Source of the DNA: Octopus sinensis
Taxonomy: Eukaryota
Reading direction: 5' to 3'
Assembly: GCF_006345805.1 (NCBI RefSeq)
Contig: NC_043000.1
Span: 96,286,001 to 96,350,000, forward strand
Length of the DNA stretch: 64,000 nucleotides
Shown: one piece after another, positions 25,602 through 37,123 of the stretch
Numbering within the stretch: the first letter of the stretch is position 1
Layout of the letters: every line of letters begins with the position of its first letter
Notes under the pieces: model-generated
The model's input: only the letters and a program-made list of their open reading frames with translations
Told to the model about the DNA's origin: nothing
The model's database searches: none
Made by a program: the position numbers and the translations under genes

Positions 25602-25812
25602 AATATATATATATATATATACAAATATATATACATATATATACATGTATATATATATATATGACTACAAAATTAGAGAATGGAGAAACATACTTAAATC
25701 AATAAAACATCAACTATCCGATGATACCCAATATATATATATATATGTATACATCATCATCATCATCATCGTTTAACGTCCGTTTTCCGTGCTAGCACGG
25801 GTTATATACATA

Positions 25813-27043
25813 TCTCTATCTCTATATATATAAAAGGCAGTTTGTCTGTCTGTGTGTCTGTCAGGTTGTACCCTCACCCTGACCACGGCTTTCAACCGAT
25901 TCTGATGAAACTTGACACACACATAGCCCAATGTCATAATTCAAAACTAACGCATCGAAAATTTTGAAAAGTTCCCCTAGTTCTGAAAAAAATCGATAAA
26001 TTCGACATGGGGTCGAGAATCTAAGCTTATCATATGCAACACATTTTCGTTGTAGTTTTCGCAATTTGCAATTGATTTTCACCAAACTCATGGTGAAGCT
26101 TAATGTTATCCTAAAGAACTTAATTCTGACGTTAGTTTTCCATGCAATACCTAACCATCAGAAAAAATCGATAAAATCATGCCATTTTGGGAAATCGCGT
26201 TCAAATTCAAGAGGACATATTTTCGATAATATCTTTAACAAATTGGCAGGAATTTTTTTTGGAAATTCACAGCGAGCATCATGTCTACTCCAAGGAGCTA
26301 TATGGCCCTTTTTATTCCAATAGGATACGTTATTACTGGAAAAAATCGGTTAATTACATCATATGTGGCACACATAGCAAACCGATTTTTCTGCGATATT
26401 TTTTGAAAGTTCACATAGATTTTCCCTACACCGATGTTGGACATCAAGTTTGCATTAAATGTCAAACTAACGACCTTTTGTCAATGCAGTTAACAAGTAT
26501 TGGGAAAAATCGACAAAACCATATCACTTTGAGACCGACCATGCGAACCCTACAAAACTGACTTTTGTTAAATAGTTGGCGGATTTCAGGCACACATGCG
26601 CCTTCGTTCTCTAGAGGGAAAGGACTAGATCGGGATTAGTCGTTGCTTACTAGAGGCTCCTGAGCCCCCTTTCGCTAGACTTAAGTTAGGATTAGGTAGG
26701 GCTTAGCTGTGGTCCGAACCCAACATGGGTTTGGGGGGGGGTGTCAAAAGGGCCGGCATGTGCAACCTTATCACCTCTGCCGGTCAAACTCCCAACCCAT
26801 GCGTTCCCGTTGCGACACTGATCCCGCAGAACTGAGTTGGGTGTGCTAAACAAAACCAGAAAATGCACTTTGACTGTCATAGATTTTCTTCATGCATGCA
26901 AGGGAACGGTGCCTTGAATGCCTTTTAGGCTTCATTTTACAAAATAACGGTTCAATGAGTACAAAAAAGGGTAAAAAGGTAAAGGGCATTGCTTATCGAC
27001 AAAGTTTCTTACATACCCGGGCAACGCCGGGCTATGCTGCTAG
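25813..27043 (+). mobile_element. Helitron-like non-autonomous element (~1.2 kb)
   Basis: 5' TC(TCTATC)TCTATATATATAAA; 3' hairpin CCCGG-GCAACG-CCGGG (27016-27031) then CTAG|T (27040-27043). Confidence 0.7.
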
Positions 27044-27059
27044 TATATACATATATATA

Positions 27060-27133
<74 letters not shown>

Positions 27134-27169
27134 TTTATTTTTGTTTTTATTTCATTCAGTTTCAGCTCA

Positions 27170-29100
27170 TGAGCTGCAGCCATGTTGGGGCACCACCATT
27201 TGGTGTTGCTACATAATTTTACTTCACGAATGCTTTTTAGCAATTGACATTTGGTGCATGAGAGAGTTTGATGCAGCTGCCCTCATCTGCACCTCCTGCC
27301 GCGAAGTTGGTTCATCTGGAACACCTGACAGGAAAAGGTCCAGCTTTATTTTGAAGACACCTACATCCACCACATGCAGGTTTCTCAGGTCCTTCGGGAG
27401 GATATTGAAGAGCTGTGGACCTCTGAAGCCTAGACTATTGCAGTATCTTGTCCTACATCTTGATGGCAAATTTGGAGTCCTTGGCACTATGCAGTGGTGC
27501 CCACTTCTAGCATTTGTGTAACTCTTGATGCCAAAGTTTAGGACAAGTCCTTCCAGGATCTTCCAGTTGTATATTATGGCAAATCTTTCTTGCCTACACT
27601 CTAAGGAATAGAGTCTTAATCTCTTGAGTCTTTCCCAAAAGCTTATATGCTGAATAGAGGCTATCTTCTTCGTGTAGCTTCGTTGGATTGCCTCAAGTTC
27701 TGAGATTAAATTGATACTGGTTGGTGACCATAGCTGAGAGCAATAGTCAATGTGGCTTAGGACAAGTGTCCTCCAGAGGACCATCATGGTTTCCTGGTCT
27801 CTTGTTCTAAAAGTTCTAAGAATCCATCCAGTCAGTTGCCTACATTTCATTGCCAATTTAGCAACATGCACATGAAAGGTTGCATCATAGTAATGTAAAT
27901 GCCCAGGTCTCACACTAATTGTGCCACTGGGATTGCAATCCCTCCAGGTCCAGTGTATTTATTGGGTATTGCATTTAGTTTTGCATGCTGATAGCACAAA
28001 GCTTGAAACTTTTCAGCATTAAATTGCATGCTATTCTTTTCAGCCCACTTGTATATTTCATCCAGCTCACATTGCAGGTGCATAGTGCCTTCAGGGTTCT
28101 GTATTACCTGTGAAACTTTTGTATCATCTGCATAAATTGTGATCGTGGCTCTCTGTGTGGCTGAGGGCATGTCTGAGAGGGCCATTATGAACAGTAGTGG
28201 TCCCAAAACAGTGCCTTGCGGAACACCGCTCACTATTTGCATGTCATTGGAGGTGACCCCATTGGCTACTACCACCTGACTTCTATCCTTCAGAAAGTCA
28301 TGAAGCCATTCTCCCAGTTTTCCAACTATGCCAAGATCACACAGATTGTGACATATCATTCCATGATCGACTTTATCAAAGGCTTTTGCAAAGTCGAGAT
28401 ATATTACTTCCACATTTGAGTGGTCAAGCAGCTGTTTCAGCACCCAGTCATAGTGTTGTAAGAGCTGAGTTAGGCAGCTTCTTCCTGGTCGGAAACCATG
28501 TTGGGTGTCAGGTAGCAAGTCATTTTCTTCAAGGAAGGTGATTAGCTTTCTTCTGACTATTTGTTCCATGATCTTGCTGATGTGTGAGGTCAGAGATAGA
28601 TCTGTAGTTCTTGGCCTCTGCTCTGCTACCTCCTTTATGAATAGGGCATATTTTACCCTCCTTTAGTTTTCTTGGAAGTTTGCCAGTTGCAAGGAAGCTC
28701 TGAAAGAGGGACTGCAGTGGTCTTGCTAGGACTCATTTACATACTTTTAGAAGGTTTGCTGGGAATACATCAGGGCCAGTAACTGAGTTTGGGTTCATTT
28801 CATCTATAGCCCTTATTACATTGTCTTCCTTTATATTGATGTAATCAATCATCTTTGCCTCTGTTTTTATATCTGCAGTGATTAAGAAGTCAGTTAGATT
28901 GCTGACTTGAAAGTGCCCTAGGGGTGGAGTGAAAATACTTTTGAATTGCTCATTTAGTATTTCACTTATCTTCATTAGATTTCCTGTGAATGTACCATCT
29001 TTTTCGAGGAGTGGCCCTATCCTGCAGTGCACCGAAGCTGTTTCTTTGGCAAACTTGTAGACAGTTCTGGAGTTAGATTTTATATTGTCTATAGCCCAGG
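27170..29100 (-). mobile_element. 5'-truncated CR1/L2-clade LINE, frameshifted RT
   Basis: ORFs 28733..29032, 27910..28569 (QHGFRPGRSCLTQLL, YLDFAKAFDKVDH, SGVPQGTVLGPLLF, YADDTK) and 27224..27913 (LRLYSLE). Confidence 0.92.
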
Positions 29101-29529
29101 TATTATATATTAGAAAAAATGTGGTACTCAGAAATCTGAATGGTTTTATATTTACAGATATTTATTAGTATGTTTTTATAAATCATGTTCTTATTACATG
29201 TTCTTATAAATCATATATCATATATTAGCGCTTTCGTCCACTCTAGTGGAGTCTTCAAATTGAACAAACTTTTGCAGGAATTTTGACTCTTTTTATAGTA
29301 TTATTGAGTGTGTAAGGGTGGAGAGAGATATAAGATAGTACAAGAGGGTGAGGAATGGGGAGAAAGTGAGAGAGAGCATGTGTGTGTGTTTTTGTATCTG
29401 AAAGGGGTGTTAGAGAAAAAGAGAGACGGAAAGGAAGAAGATGGAGAGAAAGAAGAAAAAAATCTGTTGATATCTTTGCAGCTGGTCAGTTTGTCAATAA
29501 TAATCGATTCTTGGCTTTTCGCAATGGTA

Positions 29530-31620
29530 AATCCAACTGGTCACTCTAAGGGTAGAGTATATCAAGCTGTTGGATCAAGTAATGAAGGTCACGGAGATGG
29601 TCACAGCCCAACTAATTAGGGAGAGAGTCAGTTTGGATGAGATGCAGTTTGGTCTCGTGCCAGGGAAAAGCACCATTGATGCTATATTTCTGGTAAGACA
29701 GCTGCAGGAGAAATACCTAGCCAAAGATAAGCCCCTGTACCTGGCTTTCGTTGACATGGAGAAAGCCTTTGACAGGGTCCCCCAATCCCTTATCTGGTGG
29801 TCAATGAAGAAACTAGGGATAGATGAATGGTTAGTGAGAGCCGTGCAAGCCATGTACAGGGACGCTGTCAGTAAGGTGAGGGTTGGCAACGAGTACACTG
29901 AAGAATTCAGGGTAGAGGTAGGGGTCCACCAGGGTTCAGCCGTCAGCCCCCTCCTATTTATCATAGTACTCCAGGCAATAATGGAGGAATTCAAGACAGG
30001 ATGCCCTTGGGAGCTCATCTATGCTGATGACCTTGCTCTAATTGCTGAGTCACTGTCAGAACTAGAGGAGAAGTTTCAAGCGTGGAAACAAGGATTAGAA
30101 TCGAAGGGCCTTAGAGTCAACCTAGCTAAAACCAAAGTCCTAATAAGTAGGAAGGCAGGCAAACCACAAATCCCTTCAGGTAGATGGCCCTGCTTGATCT
30201 GTAGTAGAGGCATAGGTAGAAACTCTATAAGATGTACCCAGTGCAATCTATGGACACATAAGAGGTGCAATACCAAAGGAAGGCTAACTGGGAAGATAGT
30301 TTTTGTATGTAGCAGATGCTCAGGAGCAATAAACACTGAAAATGTGCAGAGAACAACTTCTACCACATTCCAGGGAGAAAAACTAGAAGTAGTTGATAGC
30401 TTCCATTACCTAGGTGACCAAGTCAGTAGCGGGGGAGAGTGCGCTGAAAGTGGAGCTGCTAGAATAAGAATAGCTTGGGCAAAGTTCAGAGAACTCTTAC
30501 CTCTGCTGGTGATAAAGGGCCTCTCGCTCAGAGTAAAAGGTAGACTGTATGACGCATGTGTACGAACAGCCATGCTACATGGCAGTGAAACATGGGCTGT
30601 AACTGCTGAGGACATGTGTAAGCTCGCAAGGAATGAAGCCAGTATGATCCGATGGATGTGTAATGTCAGTGTGCATACTCGACAGAGTGTAAGTACCTTG
30701 AGAGACAAGTTGGACCTCAGAAGCATCAGATGTGGTGTGCAAGAGAGACGACTGCGCTGGTATAGTCATGTGGCAAGAATGGATGAGGATAGCTGTGTGA
30801 AAAAGTGCCACATCCTAGCGGTTGAGGGAACCTGTGGAAGAGGTTGACCCAGGAAGACCTGGAATGAAGTGGTGAAGCAACACCTTCGAACATTAGGCCT
30901 CACCAAGGCAATGCCTAGTGACCGAGACTTTTGGAAATATGCTGTGCTTGAGAAGACCTGGCAAGCCAAATGAGACCTTAACCTCGTGGCCTATGCCAGG
31001 GGTGTAACCAGCCCACTTATGCATACCTTTCCTTCATTGGACACTAAATTCCGCTTGCGAAGACCTGTTGAGGCAAGTGAAATCAAAATCAAATCAAATT
31101 CTATGACTGGCATCCGTGCTAGCAGGGTAGAAAGAGCACCATATGAGTGTGATTGTTGACAGAGTGTCTAACAGGCTTCCGTGCCAGTGGCACATAAAAG
31201 GCACTATTCAAGTGTGATCATTACCAGCATCGCCTTACTGGCACTTGAGCCCCGTACTAGTAGGGTGCTAAGAGCACCATCTGAGCGTGATCGTTGCCAG
31301 AGTGGCTAACTGGCTTCCGTGCCAGTGGCACGTGAAAGGCACCATTCGAGCGTGATTGTTACCAGCATTGCCTTACTGGCACCTGTGCTGGTGGCATGTG
31401 TAAAAAGATTCGAGTGAGGTCGTTGCCAGTACCGCCTGACTGGCCCCCATGCTGGTGGCACGTAAAAGCACGCACTATACTCTCAGAGTGGTTGGCATCC
31501 AGCTGTAGAAAATCAGCCAGATCAAGATTGGAGCCTTGTGCAGCCATTTGGTTTGCCAGCCCTCAGTCAAATCGTCCAACCCATGCTAGCATGGAAAGCG
31601 GACGTATGATGATGATGATA
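29530..31620 (+). mobile_element. 5'-truncated RTE-clade LINE with 425-aa RT ORF and repeat-rich 3' tail
   Basis: ORF 29570..30847: QFGLVPGKSTIDAIF, FVDMEKAFDRV, GVHQGSAVSPLLF, YADDLAL, Cys-rich insert; premature TGA in GRG*PRKTW; ends in (ATG)n/(TA)n. Confidence 0.93.
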
Positions 31621-32156
31621 TATATATATATATATAGTGGGCTTCTTTCAATTTCTGTCTACCAAATCCACTTAAAAGGGTTCGGTCAGCCAAAGGCTAT
31701 AGTGGAAGACAGATACAACACTAAATTAAAATAGCCACCTGTGCATGATTCTTCAATCGAAATACATCACTGAAAGGCAAACTTACTGTATTATGGTAGG
31801 AAATAACATCTCTTATGGATGTACTATATTTAAAACACAAATATATCAAAAGAAGAGAACAATCATAGCAAGAAGTGAAAATTTGTTTTAAAAACTGTCA
31901 AAATTTGACCAAGACAAGCAAATCAACATATGACTACTGATGTACAGATGCTAACAGTGAAGAAAACCTTGGTGGGAAATTCTACAAGAACTCAATCAGT
32001 ATAAAAGGAACTGTGAAGGTCTAAGAATATCGAATATGGATTTAGGCACTCTAAAAAGCTAATACAGATATTATATATATATATATATTGATAAAAATGT
32101 TAAGACAACAAAAGAATGAAAGAGACCTCGATATTAAGTAAATAGAGGAATTTATC

Positions 32157-32331
32157 TGTAAATGTAATATGTGACAATTATTCGGTAGCCATGATAAAAC
32201 TCTGAGTTTTGGGTGCCGAGTTATCCAATGGCCAGATAACTGAAGAGATGGTGGCGTGGATTTCCACCTCGGCATCCGAAACTAGGAGTTTTATCATGGC
32301 TACCGAATAATTGTCACATATTACATTTACA
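32157..32331. repeat. Inverted repeat (arms 32157-32220 / 32268-32331) next to (TA)n
   Basis: Arms are reverse complements; followed by AATAAGGGTGA motif shared with 5235. Confidence 0.85.
32231..32300 (+). ncRNA. Type I hammerhead-like motif with a one-nt helix II defect
   Basis: GCCAGATAA-CTGAAGA-GATG..CATC(C)-GAAA-CT(AGG)AG-T-T-TTATCATGGC. Confidence 0.5.
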
Positions 32332-34399
32332 TATATATATATATATATAATTAATTAATAAGGGTGAGAGAATTAGATACTAATTTAATAGTATATCCAT
32401 TCAACACCAAGTGGCCTATATATATATATATATATATGTATACACACATATATAAATATATACACACACACATACACAGATGTGGAAGATGCACAGGTGC
32501 CATAAAGACTAAGGACAGATAGGAAACTGTTTTTCTCAAATACCCTGGAGGCTCCTTAGAGGTAGTATATAGTTTCTGTATGCAATGGAGGAGGATGTCC
32601 TAAAAGTGTAGTTGTTTGAACAAGAATAAGATGGAGAAAGTTCAGGGAGCTATTACCTATGTCGGCAACAAACACTCTCTTTCTCCAAATGAAAGGCTGA
32701 TTGTATGATACTTGTGTACATATAGCAAAGCTTCATGGCTGTAAAATGGTTGGCCCAGAATGCAAAGACTAGGGAGAAATGAAGCTAGTATGCAATGTCA
32801 GTGTGCATGTATGACAAAGTGCTAATGCATTTAGAGAAAAGTTAGGCATAAGAGGAATCAGATGCAGTGTGCAAGAAAAGACAACTTCACTGGTTTGGTC
32901 ATAGTCATGTGATGCATATGCCTCCCTTGCTGTAGCCCCTCCATACCTCCCTCTCCACCTTGCACACTTAGCTACTCCTATATCTCTCAGCCTACTCCTG
33001 TCCATATTGATATTTCCCTTCAACTACATCTCCACCCTTGTTCATCACTCACTACATTTACCCCTACCCCCATCTTTAACCATCAGTTATTTCCCACTCA
33101 ACCTCTTATGAAAATATCCACTCTCTCACCTCCTCCTCCCATGACCCACTGTCCACATCCTCTCTTTTGATCATGTTCTTGTACCTTTGAGAGTGTGCTC
33201 TAACAGCCTAGTATTACCTTACCTTTATTTCCTTCAGCTATGTATTTCTGTAACAAGACATTAGTGCTGGTCTTTTGTCATACTTTATCCTTTCAATACC
33301 TAGCATAAAGCCACCCACTGCCATCTTATCCTCTCAAATACTACCCACTTAGTAGTGAAGGCCTTTCCCTTTTCATTTGTTCTTTTTATGTCTCGCAAGT
33401 TACATAACAACCCCACTAGTGCCAATGGCATGAAAATGGAGATGCACCCAGTACATTCCATAAAGTGGTTGGCATTAGGAAGAGCATCCAGCCATAGAAA
33501 TCATACAAAAGCCGACTGGAGCTTGATGTGGCCCTACAGCTTGTCAGATCCTGTTAAACTGTCCAACCCATGCCATCATGGAAGGCAAATGTTAAATGAT
33601 GATGATAATATATATATATCTCAGAGAGGTTGGCATTAGGAAGGGCATCCAGCTGTAGAAACTTTGCCAGATCAGATTGGAGCCTGGTGCAGCCATCTGG
33701 TTCGCCAGTCCTCAGTCAAATTGTCCAACCCATGCCAGCATGGAAAGCGGATGTTAAACGATGATGATGTTGATATATCTGTATATATATATATACCTAT
33801 ATATATATATATGGAAATACACACACACATATATATGTGCATACACATACATATATATATATAACCAGGTCAATGCACATAAACACAAATATATACACAC
33901 ACCACACATTTATCTACATGTGTGTGTGTGTGTATAAGGTGGAGCATATATACATATATGGGTATGGTGATGCAAACAGGAAAAATATAACTCAAAATAT
34001 GAGTATATGTATATTTTTATTAATATTTAGTGCAGTTGATAAATACCAATGCACAAAACTCTTGGATTTTGAGTCACTCTGTTGCTCCTGCTAAATATTA
34101 ATGTATATATATATATATATATATATATACTTATATATATACACAACGCACACACATACACAACAGGGTCTTTATATGCAAACAATCCATTCCAAAGCCT
34201 CTGTTCATTAATCAAAATGTTTGTTACATGAGTAATTGAAACACACATAAAGAGGAGTAATCCATTCTGAGCCATGTCTGAATTCCACATAATAGCATGA
34301 AATGATGTTTGTATTTTGTTCATCCATCAATAGTAAATACATAAATATACACACATACACACGTGTGTGTGTGTGTGTGTGCAATCAACTTATTTGTAA

Positions 34400-35150
34400 T
34401 TCTCCTTATAGAGAGGTCCAGGTTATTCATTGTTTGATAGGCTCATGGAATTGCTCAGACATAATATTTTGTACAGCAGACTCTTCCTCCACTCCCTCAA
34501 AGGCTTTAATGTCTCTTGGAGACACAGCTTCAAGCCATGCTGAGCTCCAAGCAGCATGTGAACAACATGCTGAAATGTCCTTTCAAACAGCTACAATCAT
34601 TAACACTGCTATTGAGCTTACTTTTCCAATAGTCTTTTAGGGTCACATCATTGGAAGAAGTGGCCTGAATACATTTTCAAAAGAGAGCCTTTGTATAGAG
34701 TTTTTTTTTTTTTTTGCTTTTTTCAATTTGAAATGACCTGCTGGTACATGAGCATAAGAGAGGAAGTTGTGTTGGTAGGTAGGAAAAGCACTTTCACAAA
34801 ACTAAACTATTCTGGTTATTGGTCTATCAAATAAGGAGGGTAGGTTGGGTATTATCCATGATTACTATGGCTAATAGGGGAAGAGTTTTGTCTGTGAGGT
34901 ACTCATGCACAGTGGGGCAAAACACCTCAGATACCCACTCAGCAAAAAGATCTCTGATCACACAAACTTTGTGCTTTGACCACCACAAAACACCAAGGCA
35001 GTTCTTCTAAACGTCTCTGAATGCTCTGGGGTTTTCTGAATGGTAAATGAAGAGATGTTTTACCTTACAGCCCTCGGAAATAAGGTCAACAGGTCTTTCA
35101 TCAACCTGACTGAACTCTCCCACTTAATCTTTATATTCAAAAAAGCATCT
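34400..35150 (-). mobile_element. Tigger/pogo transposase remnant
   Basis: rc translates LFAEWVSEVFCPTVHEYLTDKTLPLLAIVIMDN and TLKDYWK...AVSPRDIKAFEG (DDE_1 family). Confidence 0.7.
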
Positions 35151-36678
35151 TCGTTTGTGGTTCGTTAATCAAATTTTAGTTCATCATATGAGTTTAGTTT
35201 CCTTTAGAAAAAAACGTTCGTTATTCAATTTGTTCGTTAGAGAACAGGTCATATATGTGAACACAACGGTATATATGTGGGTATTTTTTCAATTGGCAAA
35301 TGTTAGAAAAGTGACTCAAGGGCAGAAAGTCTCATGCATGGTACCTATGAAAAGAAATTTTTAAGCCTTGACTTATTTTTGAAACTTTCTTAATACATAC
35401 ATAAACACACACACGTGTTTGTACATATGTTATATATATATATACATATATGGGTTAGTGCCATGCACGAAACTTTCAACCTTTGAGTCAGTTTGTAACT
35501 TCTCTTAATTAGAAATAAAGAGAAAATATATATTCATGTTTAAGTATTCACACACATACGCACATATGTGTGTGCGCGCGCGCGGAGGTGGGGGAAGAAA
35601 TAAAGAGATGTTCTGATATAGTGTTTAACTTTCGAAATATTTAGAGAATTAATCGACTGAAAAATATTGGAGAATGGAAACTGAAACACACATACACAAA
35701 TGCATAATTAGTAAATGTATAATTACAAAGCAGAGTTTTTTTTTTTACATTATGCAACATCTTTTATGGCCTATGTCTTCTAATTCTAGTAACCGCGTAA
35801 AACTAGTAGGGTTGGAACAAGAATTATATATATATATATAGCAATAATAAAGTCTGGAAGTTTTAATCAATTTTTGATACTGCAGAACCTCATCTTTCAA
35901 GAATTACAAGGGTTCTTTTGATGCGTCAATGTTCTGATTACAAGCGCCAATTGGACAGAATTTCAAGAAATTGTCTAAATTGATAGATAATAGCATCAGA
36001 TCTTTTAAAAATCGGATATCAGCATGATTGATAAAGGAAAATAATATACATCATATAACAAAGGAATATGTCCAGGGGAAATTATTTCTATGAAACTGCA
36101 ACAAGCTTCTTGTAATGTTGGACTTAGGTAACCCATGGCTGCGGGTGATTTATCAATGATGTGCAAACTTCAGGCCATTTTCATAAAGGCAAAATCTGCT
36201 ATTGCACAATTCTTTTGTTGATTTTGTTTGTTTGTTTTTTTTTCATTATTCTAAATTAACCAAATTCTTTAATAATTTTAGAAACGAAACTGAAAGTCAA
36301 GTAAAAGTGAAAAAAAAATGTACTAATTTATTTCTCGAAATGTGACAATCATTTAACAATATTTCAAACCGAAACACTAATTTCTACATAAAAAAAAAAT
36401 CAGAACAAAACAATTTTCTATAGAGTTGGTCATAAAAAAAAAGAAACAAGAAACGAACAAAAGGAAAGTTGTATATCTGTTAGCTATAAGTTTATCTGTT
36501 TTGAGATTAGAGTTAATGATTACCGAAAGAGGAGATTAGATGCAAAAACAGAAAGGCATTTCCAAGAAATAACCGGCTTTTACCAATTCCATCCCCAAAT
36601 GTCACAGCAGAAAATTAGAGCCGAAATCCCGTGAGAGTAACAAGAGATGGATGTAAAACAAAGGCATAAACTACTTAC

Positions 36679-36742
36679 GCATTGTTTTATATAAAAAGCC
36701 CACACTGGGGTCAACACCGTCTATACTTAAATCTTCAGACAT
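36679..36742 (-). CDS. PHF14: PHF14 exon 1 (MSEDLSIDGVDPSVGFLYKTM)
   Basis: ATG at 36742, GTAAGT donor, phase 1 matching exon 2, located at the shared promoter with NDUFA4. Assigned by position and phase rather than recognised homology. Confidence 0.75.
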
Positions 36743-37081
36743 TTTATTAGCAGTTTTCACAATTCCCAGTTGCTAATATTTTGGTTCAACACATAACATA
36801 GTGGTATACATAACCGGAAGTTAACCTCTATAACATCGGAGAAAAAACCTAAAATAATTATTTAAGAAAAAAATATATAAAGTCAACATATAAACAGAAA
36901 AAATAAAGCATATCATAAATATTAATTTTATTAAATATTTAGGGCTCATAAAATAATTACTAATATTGTAGTAACTGCAGACCTTAAATCTGCCTCCGGT
37001 CACTGATCTCAGCCACCGACGTTCGTGAAAGCTTTATCTCTGGTAAATTGTTCAAAGGGGAATTTTGAATTTCAACTAACA
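36743..37081. promoter_or_regulatory. Putative bidirectional promoter PHF14/NDUFA4 with ETS/GABP-type CCGGAAGT at 36814-36821
   Basis: 339 nt between divergent ATGs; exact CCGGAAGT; locally more CpG than the introns. Confidence 0.7.
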
Positions 37082-37123
37082 ATGAAAGGATTGAGTTTGC
37101 AGAGTCTGAAGACTCACCCATCT
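37082..37123 (+). CDS. NDUFA4: NDUFA4 exon 1 (MKGLSLQSLKTHPS)
   Basis: ATG, GTATGT donor, phase 0. Confidence 0.9.

Larger units (their letters stand above)
22790..25620 (+). repeat. ~1419-bp tandem duplication (RTE 3' fragment + tail + TA microsatellite)
   Basis: Paired ORFs 22939/24358 and 23102/24521 are offset by exactly 1419; only a few differences. Confidence 0.92.
808..36742 (-). other. PHF14: PHF14 gene span (PHD finger protein 14), 3'-partial; 11 coding exons, 388 codons
   Basis: join(36742-36679,21831-21709,19601-19333,17685-17588,14371-14316,11784-11684,10138-10083,8065-7954,4122-4028,2836-2788,948-808). All junctions are GT-AG with matching phases; 1164 nt. The peptide matches recalled PHF14 PHD1-zinc knuckle-ePHD (ILICCVCLGD...CDNCGVSVHEGCYG...EPWFCDAC...CELCPN..GIFKETDAG.WVHLVCALYTPGVAFGD...DIADPFFAYCKMH). 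Confidence 0.95.

Noticed and set aside
22544-25776. Many long YIYI/IYIY ORFs
   Set aside because: Translations of (TA)n/(TACA)n microsatellites, not proteins.
29570-30847. 425-aa RT ORF as an active LINE
   Set aside because: 5'-truncated with no endonuclease domain, plus a premature stop and small in-frame lesions.
31140-31480. Spaced GTGCCAGTGGCAC..AAAAGCACC repeats resembling a repeat-spacer array (also 23540-23750, 4330-4490)
   Set aside because: Part of the RTE 3' tail/SINE. Spacers are related to each other, the context is eukaryotic and there are no cas genes, so not CRISPR.
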